Of a stretch of DNA of 64,000 nt, positions 10,762-22,394 are shown piece by piece. Within the stretch, counting starts at the first letter, position 1; each line of letters begins with the position of its first letter. Both the position numbers and the translations under genes were made by a program. Source of the DNA: Hypanus sabinus (lineage: Eukaryota); NCBI RefSeq assembly GCF_030144855.1, contig NC_082731.1, forward strand, positions 32,054,001 through 32,118,000, in the 5' to 3' direction. The notes under the pieces are model-generated. The model made no database searches, had not been told where the DNA came from, and worked only from the letters and a program-made list of their open reading frames with translations.

Positions 10762-12890
10762 TACATCTGCAACGTAACATCTCCTCTCCTGAACTCCCCG
10801 ATGAAAGCCAGCGTGCCAAACATCTTCTCCACCACCCTGTCTCCCTGTGACTCCACTTTCAGGCAGCCATGAACCTGTACCCCTGGGCCCCAGTGTACTA
10901 TTACACCCTATAGCACAAGTCCTGTGCTGGTTTGACTTTCTAAAATAGAGTCATAGAAAAGCACAGAACAGAAACATTTTGGCCCATCTAGCCTGTGCCG
11001 AACCATTTAAACCACTTAATTCTATTGATCTGATCTGCAAATAGACCACAGCCCTCCATACCCCTCCCATCCATGTATCGACCCAAACTTCTCTTGAATC
11101 TTGAAATCAAAATCGCATGCACCACTTGTGCAGGCAGCTCGATCCACACGCTCACCACCCACTGAGGGAGGAAAGTTCCCCTCATGTTCCCCTTAAACCA
11201 CTCACCTTTAACCCATGACCTCTGGTTGTAGTCTCACCAATCTCAGTGGAAAAAGCCCGCTTTCATTTGCCCCGTCTGTACCGCTCATAACTTGCACACC
11301 TGCATCAAATCTTCCCTGAATCTTCTGTCCTAACCTATTCAACCATTCCTTATAGCTAATATCCTTGTAAATTCTCAATCTTATTTACACCTTTCCTGCA
11401 GATAGGTGACCACAACTGCACACAGTACTCCAAAGTAGGCCTTACCTGCAGCCTTATTCAATTTCAACATAAGATCTCATCTCCTGTACTCAATACATTG
11501 ATTAATGAAGGCCAATGGGCCAAAAGCTCTCCGAACGGCCCTTTCTTCCTGTAGGGTCAGTATGTAGCTCCTCATACACATCTGGACTGAAATCTATTTG
11601 CAACTGCTCGGCCCACTTCCTAACTGATCTCCTGAGGACAGAGATGGGATGTTATGTTGAAGTTGTAAGAGACATTGGCAAGGCCTAATTATGAGTACTG
11701 TGTGAAGTTTTTGGTCACCTACCTACAGGAAAGATGTAAACAAGTTTGAAAGGGTATAGAGAAAATTTACAAGGATGTTGTTGGGTCTGGAGGACCTGAG
11801 TTAGAAGGAAAGATTGAATAGGTTGGGACTGTATTCTTCAGAACGTAGAAGACTGAGGGGAGATTTGATAGAGGTATACAAAATTATGAGGGGTTTAGAT
11901 AGGGTAAATGCAAGCAGGCTTTTTCCGCTGAGGATGGGAGGGACCACAACCAGAAGTCACAGGTTAAGGGTGAAAGGTAAGAAGTTTAAACTTCTTCACT
12001 CCGAGGGTCGTGAGAGTGTGGAAACAGCTGCCACAAGAAGTGGTGAATGCGAGCTCGATTTCAATGTTCAAGAGAAGTTTGGTTAGGTACATGTATAGTA
12101 GGGGTATGGGGGGGGGGGGGGGGCTATTGTCCTGGTGCAGGTCGACAGTTAAATGGTTTCGGCATGGACTGGATGAGTTGCTGTACTTCTCTATGACTCT
12201 ATGAACAACAAAAGTCCCAACATTGATTACCAGCACACCACTAGTCTCCAGTCTCTGGTCTGAGAAACAACCTTCATCGACTATCCTCTGCTTCCTACCA
12301 CCGAGACAATTTTGAATCTATCAAACTCGCTCTCCCTGAACATCATGGGACCCCACCTTCCAGACCGGTCAATCATGCAGGACTGTGTCAAGTGCCTTCC
12401 AAAAGTCCAAATGGACCACATCCACTGCCCTGCCCCTGATTACCTTTGTGGTAATCTCTTCAAAAAACATCTCCAAAGAGGTTCGTCAAGCACAACTTTC
12501 CACCCACAAATCCCTCTGGATCAGTGTAGATGCTGACCCTCGGAATTCCCTCCAATAACCTCCCTACTACTGAGGTCAGGCTGCCTGCCCTGGAGTTCCC
12601 TGGCTTGTCACGGCTACCCTTCTTTAATAACAGAGCAATATTAGCCACCTCCCTGTCTTTGGGAACTCCACCAGTGATTAACGATGAAGCAATTATCTCC
12701 ACAAGGGTGTCTGCAATTTCCTCCCGAACCTCCCACAAAGTCCTGGGATGTGCTCAGTCAGGCCCCAGAGATTGTGAATTTTACCACCCTGGTAAAATTA
12801 TTGCCCTCGAAAAGATCTCCACATTTTCCCAAACTTCTGAGCAGTCATATTTTCCTTCTCATTAACTACAGAAGATAAATACTCGTTAAT
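10762..12890. mobile_element. Mixed, degraded CR1 LINE fragments in both orientations
   Basis: ORFs 11814..12086 (+; LYSSERRRLRGDLIEVYKIM) and 12460..12738 (-; IALLLKKGSRDKPGNSRAGSLTSVVGRLLEG) are CR1 RT pieces. Confidence 0.75.
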
Positions 12891-13825
12891 ATTCCCATCC
12901 ATCTCCAGTGGCTCAAGACACAGGCAGCCCTGCTGATCCCTAAGTGACCTTACTCTCTTCCTAGTCATTGTTTACTTTTCATCTTGCTGTAAAACTTCCT
13001 GGAATTTTCATTAACCCTACCTGCTGCATCCACCTCATTTCCTCCTTTTGCCCTTCCGATTTCCCTTGTAAGGGTATTCTTACTTTATAGTCATCAAAGG
13101 GTTTGCTCAATTGTGACCTCCTAAACCTTCTTCTTCTTCACCCAAGTTCCAACCTCTCATCAACCAGGGTTCCCTAAACTCTCCTGGTTCGCCCCAACAG
13201 TACACGTTTGTTGCATACTTAATACTTCACTCCCACTTGCCATCCATTCCCTCCTCTTCAAACAGCCTCACCCGACCAACCTCTGTGGCATCCTGCCTAA
13301 TCCCTCCCCCCCCCCCACAAACTAGCTCTGGTCCAGTTTCATCACTCCCTCCCCTCCTCTCCCCTTCGACCCCCCCACCCGTCCCATCAACCCTCCCCCT
13401 CATCCTCCAACAATCTCCTTACTGAACCTCCATCCACACCCTCCCACCACCCCCTGTACCCCTGAACCTCTCAGCACCTCATCACCCTCACCCCCTCCCA
13501 CTGCCCCATCCCCCTCAACACCCCCTACCCCCGTCCGCTAACCCTCCACCCCTGCCTCATCCCCTGCCCCTCAACCCCACTACCCCATCCCTCACTCCAA
13601 ACCCCTGCCCCATTCCTGACATTATCAACCCCCTGCCCCATTACCCTCCCCCTCAAATTACCCCATCCCCTCCTCGTTAACCCAACCTTTCTCCCTACCC
13701 CTCCCTTTCCACTGTTCACCGGCTACATGCCCCTCCCCTCCAATCCAAACCTCGACCCACCCCTCCATCTCCACCTCCCCTCCCCATTAACTTCACTTTC
13801 CCCAACCGCTTCCTCTTCCCCTCAC

Positions 13826-13916
13826 CGCCTGGCTCCCTCCGCCTCCGCTGCAGCCTCTCCCTCAGACTGTGCAGCTGCTTCTTGTGGGCCTGGATGTCGC
13901 TCCACGTGTCTGACAT
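13826..13916 (-). CDS. METTL3: METTL3 coding exon 1
   Basis: ATG at 13916 gives MSDTWSDIQAHKKQLHSLRERLQRRRREPG, the conserved METTL3 N-terminus (MSDTWSSIQAHKKQLDSLRERLQRRRK); donor G|GTGAGG, phase 1; 91 nt. Confidence 0.95.
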
Positions 13917-14110
13917 CTTCGTTCCGTGCTCCGGGCCCCGGGCCGTCAACACAACTCGAGCCCCAGGCTGCAAACCGAATGATAGGCCCAGAGCATCACT
14001 TCTGCCCGAAGGCCCGCCTACTGCTCTGACTGACAGCTCATTGACCAACCCCCAGTACTGACAGCTTTCATTTGTTGATTGACAGTAGTAACCCCGCCCA
14101 CAGGCCGCCA
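13917..14110 (-). promoter_or_regulatory. Putative METTL3 promoter/5'UTR: CpG-rich, with TALE (PBX/MEIS/PREP)-type motifs and a GC box
   Basis: TGACTGACAG 14027-14036, TGATTGACAG 14076-14085, extra TGACAG about 14059, CCCCGCCCA about 14092-14100; directly upstream of the ATG. Confidence 0.55.
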
Positions 14111-14279
14111 CACAACAAAACGATGACGACAGGCTGCCCGGTGCCGAAAGAGGTCATTCGGCCCTCTTACCTCATTCCAAACCATCGGCCTCCAGGTCTC
14201 TCTTTTCTACAACACTCCTCACGGTATGAAGGTCCACTGTGAAATTTCTGCTCTCAATAGTCTCAAAATGTAACTCTCC

Positions 14280-17200
14280 CTCCAGACCGTCCCATCACAC
14301 ACTCCCGGGTTCAGACACAGAGTGAAACTCCCTCCACACTGTCCCATCACACACTCCCGGGGTCAGACAAAGAGTGAAACTCCCTCCACACCGTCCCATC
14401 ACACACTCCCGGGGTCAGACACAGAGTGATTCTCCCTCCACACCGTCCCATCACACACTCCCGGGGTCAGACACAGAGTGAATCTCCCTCCACACCGTCC
14501 CATCTCACACTCCCGGGGTCAGACATAGAGTGAATCTCCCTCCACACCGTCCCATCACACACTCCCGGGGTCAGACACAGAGTGAATCTCCCTCCACACT
14601 CTCCCAGGGTCAGACACAGAGTGAATCTCCCACCAGACCGTCCCATCACACTCTCCCGGTGTCAGACACAGAGTGAATCTCCCTCCACACCGTCCCATCA
14701 CACACTCCCGGGGTCAGACACAGAGTGAATCTCCCTCCACACCATCCCATCACACACTCCCGGAGTCAGGCACAGAGTGAATCTCCCTCCACACTCTCCC
14801 AGGGTCAGACACAGAGTGAATCTCCCTCCACACTGTCCCATCACACACTCCCGGGGTCAGACAGAATGAATCTCCCTCCACACCGTCCCATCACACACTC
14901 CTAGGGTCAGACACAGTGAATCTCCCTCCAGACCGTTCCAATACACACTCCCGGGGTCAGACACAGAGTGAATCTCCCTCCACACTGTCCCATCACACAC
15001 TCCCGGGGACAAACACAGAGTGAATCTCCCTCCACAATGTCCCATCACACACTCCCGGGGACAGACACAGAGTGAATCTCCCTCCACTCCGTCCCATCAC
15101 ACACACCCGGGGACAGACACAGAGTGAATCTCCCTCCACACCATCCCATCACGCACTCCCCGGGTCAGACACAGAGTGAATCTCCCTCCACACCGTCCCA
15201 TCACACAATCCCAGGGTCAGACACAGAGTGAATCTCCCTCCACACCGTCCCATCACGCACTCCCCGGGTCAGACACAGAGTGAATCTCCCTCCACGCCGT
15301 CCCATCACACACTCCCGGGGTCAGACACAGAGTGAATCTCCCTCCACACCGTCCCATCACACACACCCGGGGTCAGACACAGAGTTAATCTCCCTCCACA
15401 CCGTCCCATCACACACTCCCGGGGTCAGACACAGAGTGAAACTCCCTCCACACCGTCCCATCACACACTCCCGGGGTCAGACAGAGTGAATCTCCCTCCA
15501 CACTGTCCCATCACACACTCCCGGGGTCAGACAGAGTGAATCTCCCTCCACACCGTCCCATCACACACTCCCGGGGTCAGACACAGAGTGAGGCTCCCAC
15601 CACACCGTCCCATCACACACTCCCAGGGTCAGACACAGAGTGAGGCTCCCTCCACACCATCCCATCACACACTCCCGGAGTCAGGCATAGAGTGAATCTC
15701 CCTCCACACTCTCCCAGGGTCAGTCACAGAGTGAATCTCCCTCCACACTGTCCCATCACACACTCCCGGGGTCAGACAGAGTGAATCTCCCTCCACACCG
15801 TCCCATCACACACTCCCGGGGTCAGACACAGAGTGAGGCTCCCTCCACACCGTCCCATCACACACTCCCAGGGTCAGACACAGAGAGAGGCTCCCTCTAC
15901 ACCGTCCCATCACACACTCCCGGGGTCAGACACAGAGTGAAACTCCCTCCACACCGTCCCATCACACACTCCCGGGGTCAGACACAGAGTGAGGCTCCCT
16001 CCACACCGTCCCATCACACACTCCCGGGGTCAGACACAGAGCGAATCTCCCTCCACACCGTCCCATCACACACTCCCGGGGTCAGAGACAAAGTGAAACT
16101 CCCTCCACACCGTCCCATCGCACACTCCCGGGGTCAGACACAGAGTGAATCACCCTCCACGCGGTCCCATCGCACACTCCCAGGGTCAGACACAGAGTGA
16201 ATCTCCCTCCACACCGTCCCATCCCACACTCCCAGGGTCAGACACAGAGTGAATCTCCCTCCACACCGTCCCATCACACACTCCCGGGGTCAGACACAGA
16301 GTGAATCTCCCTCCACACCGTCCCATCACACACTCCCGGGGTCAGACAAAGAGTGAATCTCCTTCCAGACTGTCCCATCACACACTCCCGGGGTCAGACA
16401 CAGAGTGAATCTCCCTCCACACCGTCCCATCACACACTCTCGGGGTCAAACACAGAGTGAAGCCCCCTTCACACTGTCCCATCACACACTCCCGGGGTCA
16501 GACACAGAGTGAATCTCCCTCCACAGCATCCCATCACACACTCCCGGGGTCAGACACAGAGTGAATCTCCCTCCACACTCTCCCAGGGTCAGACACAGAG
16601 TGAATCTCCATCCACACCGTCCCATCACTCTCTCAGACACAGAGTGAATCTCCCTCCACACCGTCCCATCACACTCTCCCGGGGTCAGACACAGAGTGAA
16701 TCTCCCTCCACACCGTCCCATCACACACTCCCGGGGTCAGACACAAAGTGAATCTCCCAACAGACCGTCCCATCACACTCTCCCGGGGTCAGACACAGAG
16801 TGAATCTCCCTCCACACTCTCCCAGGGTCAGACACAGAGTGAATCTCCCAACAGACCGTCCCATCACACTCTCCCGGGGTCAGACACAGAGTGAATCTCC
16901 CTCCACACTCTCCCTGGGTCAGACACAGAGTGAATCTCCATCCACACCGTCCCATCACACACTCCCGGGGTCAGACACAGAGTGAATCTCCCTCCACACT
17001 CTCCCTGGGTCAGACACAGAGTGAATCTCCATCCACACCGTCCCATCACTCTCTCAGACACAGAGTGAATCTCCCGCCACACTGTCCCATCACACTCTCC
17101 CGAGGTCGGTCACAGAGTGAATCTCCCTCCACACCGTCCCATCACACACTCCCGGGGTCAGACACAGAGTGAATCTCCCTCCACACTCTCCCTGGGTCAG

Positions 17201-18530
17201 ACACAGAGTGAATCTCCATCCACACCGTCCCATCACTCTCTCAGACACAGAGTGAATCTCCCGCGACACCATCCCATCACACTCTCCCGGGGTCAGACAC
17301 AGTGTGAATCTCCCTCCACACTCTCCCAGGTTCAGACACAGAGTGAATCTCCCTCCACACCGTCCCATCACACACAAACAGGGTCAGACACAGAGTGAAT
17401 CTCCCTCCAGACCGTCCCATCACACACTCCCGGGGTCAGACACAGAGTGAAACTCCCTCCACACTGTCCCATCACACACTCCCGGGGTCAGACACAGAGT
17501 GAAACTCCCTCCACACCGTCCCATCACACACTCCCGGGGTCAGACACAGAGTGATTCTCCCTCCACACCGTCCCATCACACACTCCCGGGGTCAGACACA
17601 GAGTGAATCTCCCTCCACACCGTCCCATCTCACACTCCCGGGGTCAGACATAGAGTGAATCTCCCTCCACACCGTCCCATCACACACTCCCGGGGTCAGA
17701 CACAGAGTGAATCTCCCTCCACACTCTCCCAGGGTCAGACACAGAGTGAAACTCCCTCCACACCGTCCCATCACACACTCCCGGGGTCAGACACAGAGTG
17801 AATCTCCCTCCACACCGTCCCATCTCACACTCCCGGGGTCAGACATAGAGTGAATCTCCCTCCACACCGTCCCATCACACACTCCCGGGGTCAGACACAG
17901 AGTGAATCTCCCTCCACACTCTCCCAGGGTCAGACACGGAGTGAATCTCCCACCAGACCGTCCCATCACACTCTCCCGGTGTCAGACACAGAGTGAATCT
18001 CCCTCCACACCGTCCCATCACACACTCCCGGGGTCAGACACAGAGTGAATCTCCCTCCACACCATCCCATCACACACTCCCGGAGTCAGGCACAGAGTGA
18101 ATCTCCCTCCACACTCTCCCTGGGTCAGACACAGAGTGAATCTCCCTCCACACTCTCCCAGGTTCAGACACAGAGTGAATCTCCCTCCACACCGTCCCAT
18201 CACACACTCCCAGGGTCAGACACAGAGTGAATCTCCCTCCAGACCGTCCCATCACACACTCCCGGGTTCAGACACAGAGTGAAACTCCCTCCACACTGTC
18301 CCATCACACACTCACAGTGACATATGCAGAGTGAATCTCCCTCCACCCTGTCCCATCACAAATCCCCAGGGTCAGGCACAGAATGAACCTCCCTCCACAC
18401 CGTCCCATCACACACTCCCGGGGTCAGACACAGAGTGAATCTCCCTCCACTCCGTCCCATCACACCCTCCCAGGGTCAGATACAGAGTGAAACTCCCTCC
18501 ACCCTGACCTATCTCACACTCCCAGGGTCT
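14280..18530. repeat. 52-bp minisatellite family A (GTCAGACACAGAGTGAATCTCCCTCCACACCGTCCCATCACACACTCCCGGG)n, about 4.2 kb
   Basis: 52-nt period read directly, with shortened variant units; source of many spurious repetitive ORFs. Confidence 0.95.
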
Positions 18531-18589
18531 GAACAATTTAACCGAGTGCACACAACTTGAGTCGTCTCTCATCGACACCCACAATCCCA

Positions 18590-19225
18590 TTCAGGGATGC
18601 AAGTAGGAGGTATCTGTATGGGCTGCTGCTCCACACCCTCCACTTCCTTGCCCTTGGCCATCGTTCCGACACGCCATGGCGGTCGGTCTGTCCACCTGGA
18701 GGTGAGGCGGGTCCCCACTGGATGTCCCTTTAGGAGGGGGTTCTTCCCATGCACCTGGGGGATCTGGGCTGGAGGATGCTGCATAGAGCGGTGCCCTGCA
18801 ATAAGTTGTTCAGTTTGTACACCGATCTCCCACCCACATGTCACTTCTGTGGGCTGGAGGAGAGCGTGTACCACATGTACCTGGAGTGTGCGAGGCTGCA
18901 GCTCCTTTCTGCGTTTCTGCATGGGCTGCTTCTCCCCTTCTGGTTGCACTTTAGCCCCACCCTATTTATATATGGTCATCCAGTAAGGAGGGGTCACGGA
19001 GGGATGAGGATGTCCTTGTGAACTTGCTCCTGGGGCTGGCGAAAACAGCCATCCATGGGTCTTGGAAATGGGTGGCGGGAGGATCTGCCCGGGCAGACTG
19101 CCTGGTAATGTTTAGGGGGTATGTTTGTGTATTGTCTACTTGTAGTGAAGTAACTGTGTTAGTCACTGTTTTGTATACATTGTATAGCACCAATATTTGT
19201 AATAAAGGAATTTTGTAAAAAAAAA
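18590..19225 (+). mobile_element. Tx1/L1-clade LINE 3' fragment with polyA tail, flanked by minisatellite A units
   Basis: DLGWRMLHRAVPCNK..TCHFCGLEESVYHMYLECARL (zf-RVT type) and NLLLGLAKTAIH; AATAAA at 19201 and an A-run at 19217-19225. Confidence 0.8.
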
Positions 19226-19319
19226 TGGGGTCAGACACAGAGTGAAACTCCCTCCTCACAATCCCATCACACATCCCCAGGGTCTGACACAAAGGAATCC
19301 CCATTTGTGCTCCCTCTTC

Positions 19320-19890
19320 TCTTTTATAACCATATAACCATTACAGCATGGAAACAGGCCATCTCAGCCCTTCTAGTCCGTGCCGAACGCTTACTCTCAC
19401 CTAATCCCACCGACCTGCACTCAGCCCATAACCCTCCATTCCTTTCCTGTCCATATACCTATCCAATTGTTATTCAAATGACAATACCGAACCTGCCTCT
19501 AACACTTTTACCGGAAGCTCGTTCCACACAGCTACCACTCTCTAAGTAAAGAAATTCCCCCTCGTGTTAACATAAACTTTTGCCCCCTAGCTCTCAAATC
19601 ATGTCCTCTTGTTTGAATCTCCCCTACTCTCAATGGAAAAAGCCTATCAACGTCAACTCTATCTATCCCGCTCATAATTTTAAATACCTCTATCAAGTCC
19701 CCCTCAACCTTCTACGCTCCAATGAATAAAGACCAAACTTGTTCAACCTTTCCCTATAACTGAGGCGCTGAAACCCAGGTAACATTTTAGTAAATCTCCT
19801 CTGTACTCTTTCTATTTTGTTGGCATCTTTCCTATAATTAGAGGACCAGAACTGTACACAATACTCCAAATTTGGCCTCACCGATGTCAA
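19320..19890 (-). mobile_element. CR1 LINE 3' end
   Basis: ORF 19693..19890 RPNLEYCVQFWSSNYRKDANKIERVQRRF; similar to the copy at 1270-1820. Confidence 0.85.
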
Positions 19891-20047
19891 TGTACATTTT
19901 GTGCAATGTCAGCTCCCAATGTTTCCTGGATGACTCAGAGCGAGAATCCACATTGCAAAAGTGCCTTCAGAAGTCAGTTGTCTGTCTGCTATCATCAGGC
20001 AGTACCACGGTCCTGGGGCTCTGAACACAGAAACTCTTCCCACCAGC

Positions 20048-20093
20048 ATGGCATCAAATATCGTTAAGATCCAGCTCCTTCTCCTCATGGCTG
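20048..20093 (+). CDS. Ig-superfamily receptor gene, leader exon (L1)
   Basis: ATG GCA TCA...ATG GCT G|GTAAGG encodes MASNIVKIQLLLLMA; 46 nt with a phase-1 donor, the typical Ig/TCR split-leader layout; joins in frame to GSCLA at the start of the V exon. Confidence 0.75.
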
Positions 20094-20143
20094 GTAAGGG
20101 ACCGACTCATTTCCTTCTGATTATATCAGTGTGGTTGTCACCC

Positions 20144-21350
20144 AGAGACGGGAACTGTGCACGGTGCTCCCGGTGTGGGTCTGACCCAGGGATAGGGAGA
20201 CGGGACCTGTGCACGGTGCTCCTGGTGTGGGTCTGACCCAGGGATACAGAGACAGGAACTGTGCACAGTGCTCCCGGTGTGGGTCTGACCCAGGGATACA
20301 GAGATGAGAATTGTGCACAGTGCTCCTGGTGAGGGTCTGACCCAGGGATACAGAGATGAGAATTGTGCACGGTGCTCCCGGTGTGGGTCTGACCCAGGGA
20401 TAAGGAGATGGGAACTGTGCACGGTGCTCCCGGTGTGAGTCTGACCCTGGAATACAGAGACAGGAACTGTGCACGGTGCTCCCGGTGTGGGTCTGACCCA
20501 GGGATAGGGAGACGGGAACTGTGCACGGTGCTCCTGGTGTGGGTCTGACCCAGGGATAGGGAGACAGGAACTGTGCACGGTGCTCCCGGTGTGGGTCTGA
20601 CCCAGGGATACAGAGATGAGAATTGTGCACGGTGCTCCTGGTGTGGGTCTGACCCAGGGATACAGAGATGAGAATTGTGCACGGTGCTCCCGGTGTGGGT
20701 CTGACCCAGGGATACAGAGACGGGAGCTGTGCACGGTGCTCCTGGTGTGGGTCTGACCCAGGGATAGGGAGACGGGAACTGTGCACGGTGCTCCTGGTGT
20801 GGGTCTGACCCAGGGATAGGGAGACAGGAACTGTGCACGGTGCTCCCGGTGTGGGTCTGACCCAGGGATACAGAGATGAGAATTGTGCACGGTGCTCCTG
20901 GTGAGGGTCTGACCCAGGGATACAGAGACGGGAACTGTGCACGGTGCTCCCGGTGAGGGTCTGACCCAGGGATACAGAGATGGGAACTGTGCATGGTGCT
21001 CCCGGTGTGGGTCTGACCCAGGGATACAGAGACGGGAACTGTGCACGGTGCTCCCGGTGTGGGTCTGACCCAGGGATACAAAGATGGGAACTGTGCATGG
21101 TGCTCCCGGTGTGGGTCTGACCCAGGGATACAGAGACGGGAACTGTGCACGGTGCTCCCGGTGTGGGTCTGACCCAGGGATACAAAGATGGGAACTGTGC
21201 ACGGTGCTCCCGGTGTGGGTCTGACCCAGGGATAGGGAGATGGGAACTGTGCACGGTGCTCCTGGTGTGGGTCTGACCCAGGGATACGGAGACGGGAACT
21301 GTGCACGGTGCTCCCGGTGTGAGTCTGACCCAGGGATACGGAGATGGGAA
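20144..21350. repeat. 52-bp minisatellite family B (GGGAACTGTGCACGGTGCTCCCGGTGTGGGTCTGACCCAGGGATACAGAGAC)n filling the leader-V intron
   Basis: About 23 units; reverse complement of the arrays in the C-exon introns. Confidence 0.95.
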
Positions 21351-21389
21351 CTGATGCTGATCATTCCATTTTAAATAAAATCTCTCTAG

Positions 21390-21773
21390 GCTCCTGCTTG
21401 GCTGGAACCAACTTCCGCTTGTCCTCAGCAACGATGGTGGCCACCGAGGGCTCGCCGGTCTCCCTGCAATGCCGGTTCTCCTACCGGCACGACAACCGGT
21501 ACTTCGTGTGGCAGTACGTGCCTCCCGGTGGGCAAGGAGCCCTCAGGAGGCTGATGTATTGGGAGCCCGGCTCCCAGCAGCCCGTATACCCAGCCGGGAG
21601 CACCAACCGTTACCTGGGCACCAAGGACCTGCACAATAGGACCATGTCCTTGCAGATCAGCCGCGCCATGTCCAGCGACGCCAGCCGGTACTTCTGCCAG
21701 ATGACCGACAGCCTCTGGGACGTCAATGCCACAGACTGGTGCGGATGCGGGATCTCCCTCTCCGTCGAGCGCA
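21390..21773 (+). CDS. Ig-superfamily receptor gene, V-set exon with integral J-like G strand (VJ type)
   Basis: tctctctag|...GAG CGC A|GTGAGT, 384 nt, phase 1/1; EGSPVSLQC (B-strand Cys), YFVWQY (C-strand Trp), SLQISRAMSSDASRYFC (D-x-x-x-Y-x-C), then WCGCGISLSVER in the xGxGTxLxV register. Confidence 0.9.
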
Positions 21774-21959
21774 GTGAGTCTGTCGCCCGCACACGTTGCC
21801 GCGTCTGGGACGGGCGTGAATCCAATTGAATTGACTTTGTTCCTTCTAACCTTGATCCGCATGGGGAGTAAAAATCTTTACGTTATGTCTCCGTCTAAAT
21901 GTGCAAAGTGCAACTTAGGGTCATTTATAATAAATAGTATGTACAACAGGACACTCAAT

Positions 21960-22250
21960 ATAAGATAGAAATACTATTGTGTCAGTCTGATGGCCTGGTG
22001 GAAGAAGCTGTTGGTTGGTCCTGGCTTTTATGCTGCGGTACCGTTTCCCGGCTGGAACAGTTTGTGTTTGGGGTGACTCGGGTCCCCAGTGATCCTTTGG
22101 GCCCTTTTCACACACCCGTCTTTGTAGATGTCCTGAATAGAGGGAAGTTCACAACTGCAGATGCGCTGGGTTCTTTGGGAGACCCCTTGCCAGTTGCCCC
22201 GTACTGCTGTCACCGGGCACTCGTCTATTCGGCCCATACTGTCCCTGCTG
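21960..22250 (-). mobile_element. L2-type LINE 3' fragment
   Basis: AQRICSCELPSIQDIYKDGCVKRAQRITGDPSHP..GKRYRSIKART, typical of the L2 RT C-terminus. Confidence 0.7.
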
Positions 22251-22394
22251 AAAATCAGAATCAGGTTTATTACTGTTATTGTGAAATTTGTTAACTTAGC
22301 AGCGGCAGTTCAATGTAATACACAATCTAGCAGAGAGAGAAATATCTGACATCCGTCCTTTAGGGAATAATACCAATCTCCACTGACTCCCCAT

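Noticed and set aside
14280-18530. Regular repeats as a CRISPR-like array
   Set aside because: Eukaryotic context, contiguous units with no unique spacers
20107-21431. Long ORFs (400+ aa) in several frames, and similar ones at 27.3-28.6, 31-37.9 and 14.4-18.3 kb
   Set aside because: They are translations of stop-poor 52/62-bp minisatellites, open in multiple frames at once, and lie in introns
21729-21760. CACAGAC inside the CDR3-equivalent as an RSS remnant
   Set aside because: Imperfect heptamer with no nonamer at 12 or 23 nt, and it lies within the open reading frame
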